Below the pieces are notes generated by a model, which was given only the letters and a program-made list of their open reading frames with translations, was not told where the DNA came from and ran no database searches. A DNA stretch of 64,000 nucleotides from Candidatus Microgenomates bacterium (lineage in GTDB: Bacteria > Patescibacteriota > JACPGU01): contig JACPGU010000004.1 of NCBI GenBank assembly GCA_016188915.1, positions 40,198 through 104,197 of the forward strand, in the 5' to 3' direction. The position numbers and the translations under genes were made by a program. Positions 20,848 through 30,076 of this stretch are shown piece by piece (position 1 is the stretch's first letter; each line of letters begins with the position of its first letter).

Positions 20848-23073
20848 TTACATCGGCAAAGAATAAACAGCCGTACCCGAGAGAACATAGACTTTGTTTT
20901 CTTCAGGAGAAACCCACATATCTTTAAGGTCAGTAAATTTATCGCTTAGATACTGCAGGCGATAATTGCCTTCTTTGTCAAAAATAACCACGCGGCGACC
21001 GCCAGCGTCCAAAACATAGATATTGTCCAAATCTTTATTAGTGTAAATTTTCAAAGGATCAAGCAGACGGTTGGCCGCTGTTTTATCTGGATTGCTGGTA
21101 TCTACCAATTCTGGCATACCTATTATTCTGAAGGCTGTTTTTTCTCCGGAGAGGAATTGGATGATCTCGCCATTTTTTTTCAAAACATAGACAGCGCCAT
21201 CTATGGTGAGATCAATAGCGTCAGATAGATCAGCGCCGGTAGAGACAATGTAATTACTTTTGGCGCCGTAAGAATTAGCCAGAGCAACATATTTGTATAT
21301 CTGGTTATCCTTTGGCGATAATAAATAGAGATTGTTAAAAAAAGTTCCAATGCCGGATGTTTCCGGCCAAGTTTCTCCGGTAATTTGAGTATCGGGCGTC
21401 AAAGAACGGCTAGGGGAGTCAAAGGTATAAATATTAGAAGGGTCTTTGGTCGCAAAAATCATCATATTTTTGTCATCAGGGGTAGTTATGTCGCTTAAGG
21501 CGCCGTCAAAATAGGCAGAAGAAATATTTTCAGCCGTACTGGAATCGGTATTGAACGCGACAATATTTTTCCTTTCTTTGTCGGAAGAAAAGATGAAATT
21601 TTTTGCTTTGAATAGACCCTGGAGCTGGATATTGGGGTCCAAACTATTGAATTCGGCTATCGGCTGGATGTCGGAGATTCTGACTATTTGGAACATTTTT
21701 TCTATCTCACCATCTATCTGGCGCGCCAGAGCTGTTATCTCATTTGCCATATATCTGGAAGAAAGGAGTTCTTTTATCTCTTTTTGAGCATCAGTCAAAA
21801 GAGAACGCGATTTTTTCTCATCGCCTAATTCTTGCGCCTTGATAGCCCCTTCGGTTTTGGTCCTGACTATATCATATTGAGTTTCTATATTTTTATGCAG
21901 AGTCGCTACCTTTCTTTGCTGGTAAGAATAAGTGCCAGAGATGGCCACCGCGATAATTAAAAGAATCCCTCCTACGGCAAAAAGCTGGCTTCTTTCTTTG
22001 GTTTTGCTAACAAATTCTTTAGTCTCTACAAAAATATTCTCCAAATTTTTCTTAGAAGAAGTGAAAAAATTCTTTCTTGGCGCGGAAAAAAGCTCTTGTT
22101 GGGGGGTGAGATCTTCTTTATCTGAAATTTTGTTTTCCTTGTCCCAGAATTGTTCACCCTGGATTTTTTGTTTTTGTGATAATTCGTTGATTTTTTCACC
22201 GACTCTTCGGGAAGCTTCTTTGGAAAAGGAGCTAATGCCAACAGAGATTTTTTCTTCATAAATAGTTTTGGATTTCTCTAGACTTTTTTTAGAAACATCC
22301 AAAAAAGCGCCAACTACCGGTTTTATTTTGCTGGCGTATTTTTCCAGGTTAGTCTCGCCCAGCCATTCTGTTACTTGCGGTTTTTCATCTTCCGTCACGG
22401 ATTCCTCATCGTTTACTTCAATTATCAAAGCATTGATAGACTCCACCTCTTCTTTGCGGAGAGATTTGACGATATAGGTGGCAGCATTGGCAGGAGAAAA
22501 TTTGGCGATAACGCGACGCAAATCCTCTAAAGAAAAATGGTAGAAAAGTTCAGAAGTAGAAACCATTATTTTGTCGCCCAGCATCAAATCTCCCGAAGCG
22601 ATATTGACGAAGGTTTTGAGGGGATTGGGGCGGTCGTTGGCGCCGGATAGGCCTTCGGTGACATGAATGATCTGATTATCGCGAACCATATAGGTTTCGG
22701 CGGTACCAGCTTGGGTGATGTGCAAGAGATCTTTTTCCAAAACGGCGATGACGCCATTGATTTTACCGATCCAGGCAACTTCGCCCTCTTCAGCCAATTC
22801 GGCCAAGGCTTCATTGACTTTTTTCAAAGAAATTTCCAAAGCATCTAATCCGCTACCCAGACTTTGATAATATTCTTCAATAATGATGCTTTCAATCATT
22901 TTGGCGACTTTGTTCATGGAGGGGTCGGCCGACATTATCTCCAGAACAAAATACAAAATACCATGGTCTCGTTCCTCTTGATCGTTAGGGCGGAAGATAG
23001 AAACCAGGGTATAGCGGTCAGGACTTTTCTGACGGGAGAGGATTTTACCTACTTTTGTAATATATGAGGACAT
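20848..23073 (-). CDS. Membrane protein with a cytoplasmic PP2C(PPM)-like domain, one TM helix, and an extracytoplasmic repeat/propeller-like domain
   Basis: The N-terminal region has PPM-like motifs (...AGTAETYMVRDNQIIHVTEG..., ...GDLMLGDKIMVSTSELF...). TM helix LFAVGGILLIIAVAISG. C-terminal NHL-like strands (YVLDAGGRRVVIFD). Confidence 0.35.
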   Translation of the reverse strand: MSSYITKVGKILSRQKSPDRYTLVSIFRPNDQEERDHGILYFVLEIMSADPSMNKVAKMIESIIIEEYYQSLGSGLDALEISLKKVNEALAELAEEGEVAWIGKINGVIAVLEKDLLHITQAGTAETYMVRDNQIIHVTEGLSGANDRPNPLKTFVNIASGDLMLGDKIMVSTSELFYHFSLEDLRRVIAKFSPANAATYIVKSLRKEEVESINALIIEVNDEESVTEDEKPQVTEWLGETNLEKYASKIKPVVGAFLDVSKKSLEKSKTIYEEKISVGISSFSKEASRRVGEKINELSQKQKIQGEQFWDKENKISDKEDLTPQQELFSAPRKNFFTSSKKNLENIFVETKEFVSKTKERSQLFAVGGILLIIAVAISGTYSYQQRKVATLHKNIETQYDIVRTKTEGAIKAQELGDEKKSRSLLTDAQKEIKELLSSRYMANEITALARQIDGEIEKMFQIVRISDIQPIAEFNSLDPNIQLQGLFKAKNFIFSSDKERKNIVAFNTDSSTAENISSAYFDGALSDITTPDDKNMMIFATKDPSNIYTFDSPSRSLTPDTQITGETWPETSGIGTFFNNLYLLSPKDNQIYKYVALANSYGAKSNYIVSTGADLSDAIDLTIDGAVYVLKKNGEIIQFLSGEKTAFRIIGMPELVDTSNPDKTAANRLLDPLKIYTNKDLDNIYVLDAGGRRVVIFDKEGNYRLQYLSDKFTDLKDMWVSPEENKVYVLSGTAVYSLPM

Positions 23074-23303
23074 TTTGGAGTCAATTTATAGTTTTTTGGT
23101 GTTACCACCAGGTATAGTAATTAAAAGCTTAACTTCAGGCAGATTGCGATAAAGCACACAAACAACAAAACCGAAAACCTTTGTTTTTGTTTCTTACATC
23201 ATATTTTAGGCTGGTAGAATATTTTTACAAGAGGGAGTTTTTGGGGAAAAGATAGGGCTAGGAAATTAAAAAATTAAAAAAATAATGAATTAGAGCCTTT
23301 CTT

Positions 23304-23801
23304 CTATGGGGGCGTAGGGGCGTGCTTGAGATGATTATTCTTGGCGTATAGTCCCAAAATGAAAAGCAAGGCGGAATCAATGGCAGAAATCACGCACCAG
23401 GCGCAGATAGCTCCGATGACGAAGATTTGGAGATAGACGAAATAGAAAGAAGCGACAAAGCCGATGGGGGTAATGTAGCGTAGGGCGTCTAGCTTGTCTG
23501 CTCGCCTCACTGAAGCTTGGTCGAAGCGGGCCGGCGAGGCAGGTGTAAAGCGTCTAGTTTTTGGTAGTAGCCCCAAGATACTCAAAAGAAATATGATAAA
23601 ATAGTAAATTATTCCATAGACAGCGATATAGACACCGAAAATTTCCGAATATTTAGAGGTCGTGACAATATCACAGCCACTACCCAAAATACACACCAAA
23701 GAAGTTGAAACGTAATGCTCATAAGTTAAATATATTGAATCTGCCAGTCCAATTAGGGAAAGAATCAAAAAACCGGCTAAAATCCATGATTTTTTTTGCA
23801 T
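23304..23801 (-). CDS. VKOR (vitamin K epoxide reductase)-family membrane protein
   Basis: Multi-TM. N-terminal SIYLTYEHY, CxxC pairs (CILGSGC, CAWC). Confidence 0.45.
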   Translation of the reverse strand: MQKKSWILAGFLILSLIGLADSIYLTYEHYVSTSLVCILGSGCDIVTTSKYSEIFGVYIAVYGIIYYFIIFLLSILGLLPKTRRFTPASPARFDQASVRRADKLDALRYITPIGFVASFYFVYLQIFVIGAICAWCVISAIDSALLFILGLYAKNNHLKHAPTPP

Positions 23802-23843
23802 AAAATACTTTTTGACTTAATACTTAATACTATAACAATCCCC

Positions 23844-24308
23844 ATGAAGAATCTAGCCGTTATCGCGCACAATATTCGTTCGCTCCATAATGTAGGGTCT
23901 ATTTTTCGTACCGCGGAGGGGGCGGGAGTGGATAAAATTTTTTTGACTGGCTATACCGGTCGGCCACCAAGAAAAGAAATAGCCAAGGTCGCCTTGGGTT
24001 CAGAGGATAGGGTACCGTGGGAATACACAAAAGATGTTGGGAGATTGATCGGGCGGCTGAAAGGCAAAGGATTTCAGGTCGTGACCCTGGAACAGGGGAG
24101 GACAGCGGTGGATTATAAAAAATATAAACCAAGGGGCAAGATCGCCCTAATCATTGGCAATGAGGTGAGGGGAGTGTCTAAAAAATTGCAAGAGCTATCT
24201 GATATTGTTATTGAAATCCCGATGTTGGGAGACCGCCGTTCTCTCAATGTTTCGGTAGCCTTTGGTATTGTTGCCTTTCACCTCGCCAATTTTTTGAAAA
24301 AAGTTTAA
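23844..24308 (+). CDS. SpoU/TrmH-family RNA 2'-O-methyltransferase
   Basis: IGNEVRGVS and the SPOUT C-terminal motif. I chose the internal Met start at 23844. The track ORF start at 23796 would read through the TTGACTTAATACTTAATACT motif. Confidence 0.65.
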   Translation: MKNLAVIAHNIRSLHNVGSIFRTAEGAGVDKIFLTGYTGRPPRKEIAKVALGSEDRVPWEYTKDVGRLIGRLKGKGFQVVTLEQGRTAVDYKKYKPRGKIALIIGNEVRGVSKKLQELSDIVIEIPMLGDRRSLNVSVAFGIVAFHLANFLKKV

Positions 24309-24310
24309 TC

Positions 24311-24384
24311 TGGTCGGGATGCCGAGAATCGAACTCGGTCTACACCCACCCCATGGGCGCGTACTACCGGCATACTCCATCCCG
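24311..24384 (-). tRNA. tRNA-Pro(GGG) with encoded CCA
   Basis: Reverse complement: CGGGATG acceptor stem, D-arm GTAT/GTAC, anticodon loop ATGGGGT, T-loop TTCGATT, ...CATCCCG A CCA. Confidence 0.7.
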
Positions 24385-24635
24385 AAAACATAAAATCCTA
24401 TAGCATTATACCTAATTTTTCTCAATAAAAAAATCTGCTCTCTGAATGGGACGAAAGGAAGATCGTGACCTAGATATACTAGGTGGGTGTTCTCGGATTG
24501 CCTCCACGGAAGCAATCTATGATGAACTCCCTAGATTTGAGCGTAGGTCGATCTTAGACCATCCCATTCAGGTAGCAGATTTAAAAATACCTGTGGATAT
24601 CTTAAAGTCTTATACTTATATTGTAAACCGATTTT

Positions 24636-25319
24636 CTATAATAGGGAAGACAGATATTTTAGCGCTATGTCTAGCGGATAAAGTAGAGTGGAGATGACAA
24701 AAGACAAAATTCTTTCTATCCAAGTAATTAGTGGCACAAGGATAGGTATTCTCAAAAAATATTCCACGAAAATAATCGTCAGTAAAAGAATAGGCCCCGA
24801 TTTTTCCAGCCTATCAACCGCATCTCGCATACTTTCTGGCGCTATAGCGCTTAATATTTTTGATCCATCCAAAGGGTAAATAGGCAGAATATTAAAGGCC
24901 GCCAAGAGCAGATTGACTTGGACTATTATCCCAATGATAGTTAGAGGATAGGTATTATAAGCATCAAATCCATATTGGTCGGCTATCAAAAGGGGGATAG
25001 ACAGAATTAAGGCAAGTAAAAAATTAGCGGTTGGTCCGGCTATTGATACTTTGAGCTCATCGTAGCGATTTTTCAAGGCATTGGGGTTGACCGGCACTGG
25101 TTTGCCCCAGCCGAAACCAACGAAAAGTAAAAAAAGAGTGCCTGTCGGATCAAAATGGCGAGCAGGATTGAGCGACAATCTGCCGGCGTATTTGGCGGTA
25201 AAATCGCCCAAACGAGTCGCCATCCAGGCATGGGCGAACTCATGAACGGTTAGTCCAATAATAATAGCCAATAAGAAAGCCAATAAGGCTAGAGGGCTAG
25301 AGAAAAGATCAAGTAGCAT
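24636..25319 (-). CDS. Peptidase M50 (site-2 protease)-family membrane metalloprotease
   Basis: HEFAHAWMA (HExxH) inside a TM helix. Multi-TM. Confidence 0.65.
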   Translation of the reverse strand: MLLDLFSSPLALLAFLLAIIIGLTVHEFAHAWMATRLGDFTAKYAGRLSLNPARHFDPTGTLFLLFVGFGWGKPVPVNPNALKNRYDELKVSIAGPTANFLLALILSIPLLIADQYGFDAYNTYPLTIIGIIVQVNLLLAAFNILPIYPLDGSKILSAIAPESMRDAVDRLEKSGPILLLTIIFVEYFLRIPILVPLITWIERILSFVISTLLYPLDIALKYLSSLL

Positions 25320-25459
25320 AAAGATTTTGCTTTAAGTGATTGATGTTTGGAAGGACAGAAAAAGGTAAATGAGATTTTTTGCTAGACAAAATAAATATCT
25401 TTTGATAAAATAACAAAGCTAACTAACCATAAATTTAATCTTACTTGAGGAATTCTATT

Positions 25460-25657
25460 ATGTCAAAAGTGTGTGAAATGTGCGGAAAAACCAGGACTTC
25501 CGGTAGTAATGTCTCTCATTCTAATAGGCATACCCGGAGAGTTTTTAATCCCAATTTGCAAAAAGCCACCCTGGTTGTCGATGGCGTTAAAATACAAACC
25601 AAAATTTGCACCACTTGCATCAAAACTCGCGGTAAATCAAAAAAAAATAAAAAGTAA
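25460..25657 (+). CDS. rpmB: 50S ribosomal protein L28
   Basis: MSKVCEMCGKTRTSGSNVSHSNRHTRRVFNPNLQK... is a classic L28 sequence. The start is the ATG after the track's upstream alternative start. Confidence 0.8.
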   Translation: MSKVCEMCGKTRTSGSNVSHSNRHTRRVFNPNLQKATLVVDGVKIQTKICTTCIKTRGKSKKNKK

Positions 25658-25687
25658 AAATCCCCTAGGCAGCGGGGGATTTTTTGA
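25657..25687. terminator. Bidirectional terminator (AAAAATCCCC tagggcagc GGGGGATTTTTT)
   Basis: Stem ATCCCC/GGGGAT with flanking A/T runs, between the convergent rpmB and the zinc-ribbon gene. Confidence 0.6.
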
Positions 25688-25949
25688 TATAGCAGTCAAA
25701 ACAAATGGTTTCTTCGTCAGGAGCTAGGTCTTGGGTGATGATAGATTTTTTGCCGCAAATTTTGCAAGTAATTTCTTTTTCTTTGGCTTCTTCAGCTTTT
25801 TGCTCCTGTTTTTTTTTGGCGCGACAGGCACGACAACGGCGGGGGGCTTCCTTGAACCCTTTTTTGGCAAAATAAGCCTGTTCGGATTTATCCCAAACGA
25901 ATTCATTACCGCACTCTTGGCATTCTAATGTTTGGTCTTGGAATTGCAT
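25665..25949 (-). CDS. Small zinc-ribbon protein (2x CxxC...CxxC)
   Basis: CQECGNE...CRACRAKK and CKICGKK...CFDC. Confidence 0.4.
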   Translation of the reverse strand: MQFQDQTLECQECGNEFVWDKSEQAYFAKKGFKEAPRRCRACRAKKKQEQKAEEAKEKEITCKICGKKSIITQDLAPDEETICFDCYIKKSPAA

Positions 25950-26080
25950 ATAAAATAGTTAACAGCTAATAATTAAAAGTGAAAATTAGGTAAGGGATAA
26001 TACCTTTCGCTTGCATTATACGCCGGATTGATTTTTTAATAAAGCGACAAAGTGCTATAATCTCTTCGGGGAGAAAAAAG

Positions 26081-26917
26081 ATGTATCCAAAACAATGGAG
26101 TTTTTTTGGGAAGGCTTTAGCTGGCGATCGGTTGCACCACGCTTATATTTTTTATGGTCCGGGACACCAAGAAAAAAAAGATTTTATTTTACAGCTAGCC
26201 GCTTTGGCGCAATGCGCGAAGCCTTCTGAGCAAAAACCATGCGGCGAATGTGTTAATTGCCAAGCATTAGTTAGCAAAAGAAGAGTAGATACTTTCATTA
26301 TTGACCAACAAGAAAATATATCCATTGATACTATCAGAGAAGCGCAGAGATTTTTGGGGCTTACCAAAACTACAGGATTAAAAAAGATTTTGATAATCAA
26401 CGGTTTTGAAAAAATGCGGCCGGAAGCGCACGATACTCTGCTCAAAATTTTTGAGGAACCGCCAGTCGATACTTTGATTTTGCTAGCCGTAGAAAATATA
26501 ACAAATATTCCAAAAACTATCCTGTCGCGTTGTCATAGCGTCTATTTGCCAGGGCTGGGATTGTCAATCGGTGATTTGTCTCCCGAAGAAATAAAGACTA
26601 TCTGGCAAGAATGTGAAATTATTTTAGGAGTAAAAAATTTTGCCAAATTAGAGCTAGCTTTTCAGACTAGCGAGCTGGAAAATCCTGCCGATAGGATAAA
26701 ATGGTGGCTGATTTTCCTTAATTCTTTTTTGGTGGTTTATCATGGGGGAGAGCAGGATAACCAGATAGAAAATATTTTTTTACCCCTCTTGGAAAAAAAC
26801 ATCAATCATGCTAAAATATACAGGGCTGTTGAGGAAATAGCCTTGCTTTTGTCTAAAGTAGAAAACACCAATACTCTGACGCGTTTGGCTATAGAAGATG
26901 CCTTGTTGCGTGTCTAG
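26081..26917 (+). CDS. holB: DNA polymerase III delta-prime subunit
   Basis: HAYIFYGPGHQ-KKDF (P-loop-like), a CGECVNC zinc module, and an AAA+ clamp-loader fold pattern. Confidence 0.65.
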   Translation: MYPKQWSFFGKALAGDRLHHAYIFYGPGHQEKKDFILQLAALAQCAKPSEQKPCGECVNCQALVSKRRVDTFIIDQQENISIDTIREAQRFLGLTKTTGLKKILIINGFEKMRPEAHDTLLKIFEEPPVDTLILLAVENITNIPKTILSRCHSVYLPGLGLSIGDLSPEEIKTIWQECEIILGVKNFAKLELAFQTSELENPADRIKWWLIFLNSFLVVYHGGEQDNQIENIFLPLLEKNINHAKIYRAVEEIALLLSKVENTNTLTRLAIEDALLRV

Positions 26918-26972
26918 GCAATCGCTATTATAATGAAGACTGCTCATATTTTCTAACAATAAAACAATATCT

Positions 26973-27674
26973 ATGGCAGGTATTATATTGATTTTGGCCT
27001 TGGCTGGTATTTTTATTATGATAGCGCGTAAAATGCCGGAGGCTTTGGAAACTTTGGGTCGTCGACAAAATGGCGGAGAAGACTCTGGCGCGGCCAAAAT
27101 GAATAAATTCAGCAGTACCGAAGAAGAGGAAGCAAAAAAGAAAAAAAATGGCAAAAAAACCAATCGTTCAGTGCCACGCTTCGTTAAGGCTTCTGACGAG
27201 GCGATCAATGAAATTTTAGATAAAACTGATGGCTTGATAGAGCAAAAAGAATATGAGCAAGCCGAAAAATTTTTGATTGACGAGATAGAGCAAGCGCCTA
27301 CCAATGCCAAGCTTTACAACAAATTGGGCATTATTTATTTGGAGCAGGAAAATTTTTCTGATGCCAAAGAATCTTTCAAAACTGCTTTGAAATATGATAA
27401 AAATAATGATTTGATTTATAACAATTTGGGTTTGGCTCTTTTCAACCAGGGTCGCTATATAGAATCCATTGAAGCTTATAAAAAATCTATTCAATTAAAC
27501 GGCCTGGTGCCGCATCGCTATATCAATTTGGGTTTGGCTTTCGCGGCGTTAAGAGAATTTGGCAAGGCTCTGGATGCTTATAAAAAAGCGCAAGTTTTGG
27601 ACAAAGACAATAATGACTATCAGAAATTAATTAAGGAAGCGACAGAAAAATTAGCGGAAACCTCCATCGCATAA
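26973..27674 (+). CDS. TPR-repeat protein with N-terminal TM helix
   Basis: Tandem TPR-like 34-aa repeats (AKLYNKLGIIYLEQENFSDAKESFKTAL...). Confidence 0.6.
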   Translation: MAGIILILALAGIFIMIARKMPEALETLGRRQNGGEDSGAAKMNKFSSTEEEEAKKKKNGKKTNRSVPRFVKASDEAINEILDKTDGLIEQKEYEQAEKFLIDEIEQAPTNAKLYNKLGIIYLEQENFSDAKESFKTALKYDKNNDLIYNNLGLALFNQGRYIESIEAYKKSIQLNGLVPHRYINLGLAFAALREFGKALDAYKKAQVLDKDNNDYQKLIKEATEKLAETSIA

Positions 27675-27805
27675 GACAATCTAGCGAAATCCTGCCGGCA
27701 AGATTTCAGATTAAATTCAGATTAAATAGAGAACGGCAAAAATGGGAGCACTTGCGTTGTAGTTTAAAAATTAAAAATTATAAAATTAAAAATTAATTAG
27801 ATAGT

Positions 27806-27888
27806 GGTGGGATACCGAAGCGGTCAAACGGGGCAGACTGTAAATCTGTTGGCTTACGCCTTCGTAGGTTCGAATCCTACTCCCACCA
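27806..27888 (+). tRNA. tRNA-Tyr(GTA)
   Basis: GGTGGGA acceptor stem, anticodon loop ACTGTAAATC region with GTA, a long variable arm, T-loop TTCGAAT, ...TCCCACC A. Confidence 0.75.
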
Positions 27889-27956
27889 TTTATTAAGTGA
27901 AAAGTGAGTCAGTAGATAAGAGCTTCTGACTTTTTATTAACTTTTCACTATGATTT

Positions 27957-27994
27957 GCCATCGTAGCTCAGTTGGTAGAGCATTTCCATGGTAA
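27957..27994 (+). pseudogene. 5' half of a split tRNA-Thr(GGT): acceptor, D-arm, and anticodon stem/loop up to ATGGTAA (attL)
   Basis: GCCATCG TA GCTC AGTTGGTA GAGC A TTTCC ATGGTAA, then unrelated island sequence. It pairs perfectly with the 3' half at 43858-43899. Confidence 0.75.
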
Positions 27995-28126
27995 TTATTT
28001 AGACGTAACAAATTCCTACCAAAATAAGGATTTTGTAAGTTACCAAAGCCACTTAATCTCTCTGATGGTTTTTTTGACGGGAATGTCTTACCAAGAAGCG
28101 ACCATCGGAAGGGAAATAAAGAAAGA

Positions 28127-28198
28127 GCCGATGTAGTTTAGCGGTAAAACGTCGCCATGGTAAGGCGAAGACCTCGGGTTCGATTCCCGACATCGGCT
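28127..28198 (+). tRNA. tRNA-Thr(GGT), island-borne replacement copy
   Basis: GCCGATG TA GTTT AGCGGTA AAAC G TCGCC ATGGTAA GGCGA AGACC TCGGG TTCGATT CCCGA CATCGGC T. Its anticodon loop is identical to the att core. Confidence 0.75.
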
Positions 28199-28233
28199 TT
28201 AGATAATAAAAGATACTGCCACCAAGGAAGGAG

Positions 28234-29139
28234 GTGGTATTTTTTATGGAGATAAAAACTCTTCTCCAAGAATTTTGTGATTATGCTCTCTATGCTCGAG
28301 GTCGGTCGAATAATACCATTAAGGGATATAGGTTTATTGCGAATCTTTTTTGTAAGGATACTGGAGTCGCCGAGATTGAAGATATTACCACCGATCTTGT
28401 TCGCAATTGGTTCTATCTAGGGAGGAAGGACAGAAAGTGGGCTCCTGCATGTTCTATTTCCTATCATAAGAACCTGACGGTTTTCTTCCGTTGGTGCCTA
28501 GACAACGGCTATCTAAAAAGCAACCCTTGCGATGATGTCGAATTACCTAAATTAGACAAGAGACTTCCTCCAAAATTAACCAAACAAGATTCTGCCAAAT
28601 TGCTAGAGTTTGTCTATAACTACCCGTATAATTATAGATTTCTGAGATTTAGGAATCATGCAATTTTTGCCACATTCATATTCGCAGGATTAAGGAAAGC
28701 CGAGCTATTAAATCTAAAATATACCGATGTTGATATCGAAAATATGTCTATTTTTATCAGACAGGGTAAGGGAAATAAAGATCGGATAGTCCCAATGTGT
28801 TATTCTCTGTCGACGATACTCAGAAAATACTTAGACGAAAGAAAACGACTACATAAAACTTGCCCCGAATTTTTCGCCTCTCTAAACCGTAATATGGGAT
28901 TTTGTGATAGTGGGCTAAGAAATCTAACCGTAAAAATGAGAGAAGAATCGGGGATTAAGTTTGGGATTCATAAATTACGCCATACCTTTGCCACCCTAAT
29001 GCTTGAAGGCGGTTGTGATATTTTCTCGCTATCAAAAATGATGGGGCATAGCGACATTAAAACAACGACCATCTATTTAGCCGCCAGCGTTGAACATCTG
29101 AGAAAGCAGATTTTGAATCACCCACTCAACAATTTATAA
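28234..29139 (+). CDS. Tyrosine-type site-specific recombinase/integrase
   Basis: C-terminal catalytic region HKLRHTFATLMLEGGCDIFSLSKMMGHSDIKTTTIYL (R..HxxR..Y signature). Lies 40 bp from attL and the island tRNA. Confidence 0.8.
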   Translation: MVFFMEIKTLLQEFCDYALYARGRSNNTIKGYRFIANLFCKDTGVAEIEDITTDLVRNWFYLGRKDRKWAPACSISYHKNLTVFFRWCLDNGYLKSNPCDDVELPKLDKRLPPKLTKQDSAKLLEFVYNYPYNYRFLRFRNHAIFATFIFAGLRKAELLNLKYTDVDIENMSIFIRQGKGNKDRIVPMCYSLSTILRKYLDERKRLHKTCPEFFASLNRNMGFCDSGLRNLTVKMREESGIKFGIHKLRHTFATLMLEGGCDIFSLSKMMGHSDIKTTTIYLAASVEHLRKQILNHPLNNL

Positions 29140-29162
29140 AATTAATCAAGAAAGGAGTTACT

Positions 29163-29732
29163 ATGAGAAAAATAGCCATATATGTGCGTGTTAGCACAGG
29201 AGAGCAGGATACGGATAATCAGATAACGCCCTTAAGCCAATATACAACCGATAGGGGCTGGGAGGTGTATAAGATATACGAAGATAAGGTCAGTGGGTCA
29301 AAAGAAGACAGAGAGGCCTTAAAAGAGCTTATGGACGATGCCCATAAGAGGAAATTTGACTGTATTATTGTTTTTAGATTTGATCGGTTCAGCCGGAGCT
29401 CCCGTCAACTTATTAATTCTCTCGATGTGTTTAAGTCACTTGGAATAGACTTCATTAGCTATCAAGAGAATATAGATACAACCACTCCAGCGGGCAAGGC
29501 GATGTTTACTATGATTTCTGCTTTTGCCGAGTTCGAGAGATCAATTATCCGTGAAAGAGTAAATGCCGGTATCGCCAAGGCTAGAGCAAGGGGCACTAAG
29601 CTAGGCAGGCCAAAAATAAAAATCGATATAGATCTACTAAAGAAATTGAAAAACAAGGGGTTGTCAATTCGCAAAATAGCCAAGGAGCTAGAAGTTCCGA
29701 AATCTACGGTGCATAGTCATCTGTGTGCGTAA
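29163..29732 (+). CDS. Small serine recombinase (resolvase/invertase family)
   Basis: MRKIAIYVRVSTGEQ (catalytic Ser motif), a resolvase core, and a C-terminal HTH (GLSIRKIAKELEVPKSTVHSHL). Confidence 0.8.
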   Translation: MRKIAIYVRVSTGEQDTDNQITPLSQYTTDRGWEVYKIYEDKVSGSKEDREALKELMDDAHKRKFDCIIVFRFDRFSRSSRQLINSLDVFKSLGIDFISYQENIDTTTPAGKAMFTMISAFAEFERSIIRERVNAGIAKARARGTKLGRPKIKIDIDLLKKLKNKGLSIRKIAKELEVPKSTVHSHLCA

Positions 29733-29920
29733 TCTGAGCTGTCCGTAAAACCATATCAAAAAGATGACAATATTGAACCTATAAAAGTTTCTCAAAAAGT
29801 TTGTACGATAAACAACTGTTTTTGGGACAACAAAAGAGGTTAGACGAATAATTATCTGTCTGGCCTTTCGGTTCTTGGTTCCATCATATTATTATCCATA
29901 GCCCACTTTCTTAGTTTTTG

Positions 29921-30076
29921 GTTTAATGGTAAATTTTAGAGGCTAAGATCGATGTTCTGTGCGATAATGTAGCCAAGATTATTATATCATTTAAATATAA
30001 GAATAAGATTGTTCGTTTTCTTAGCTTAAACAAGGAACAAAGCTTTGATTTTAGCCTCTATTTTTTACCATTAAGC
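29921..30076. repeat. 26-bp imperfect inverted repeat (22/26) flanking a 104-bp segment, just downstream of the serine recombinase
   Basis: gtttaatggtaaattttagaggctaa (29921-29946) against the reverse complement of ttagcctctattttttaccattaagc (30051-30076). The right arm overlaps the stop of the 30051-31091 CDS. Confidence 0.45.

Noticed and set aside
23811-23840. Resemblance of TAATACTTAATACTATAAC to a phage T7-type promoter (TAATACGACTCACTATAG)
   Set aside because: Only the ends match. There is no single-subunit RNA polymerase in the window. More likely this is an ordinary AT-rich host promoter element.
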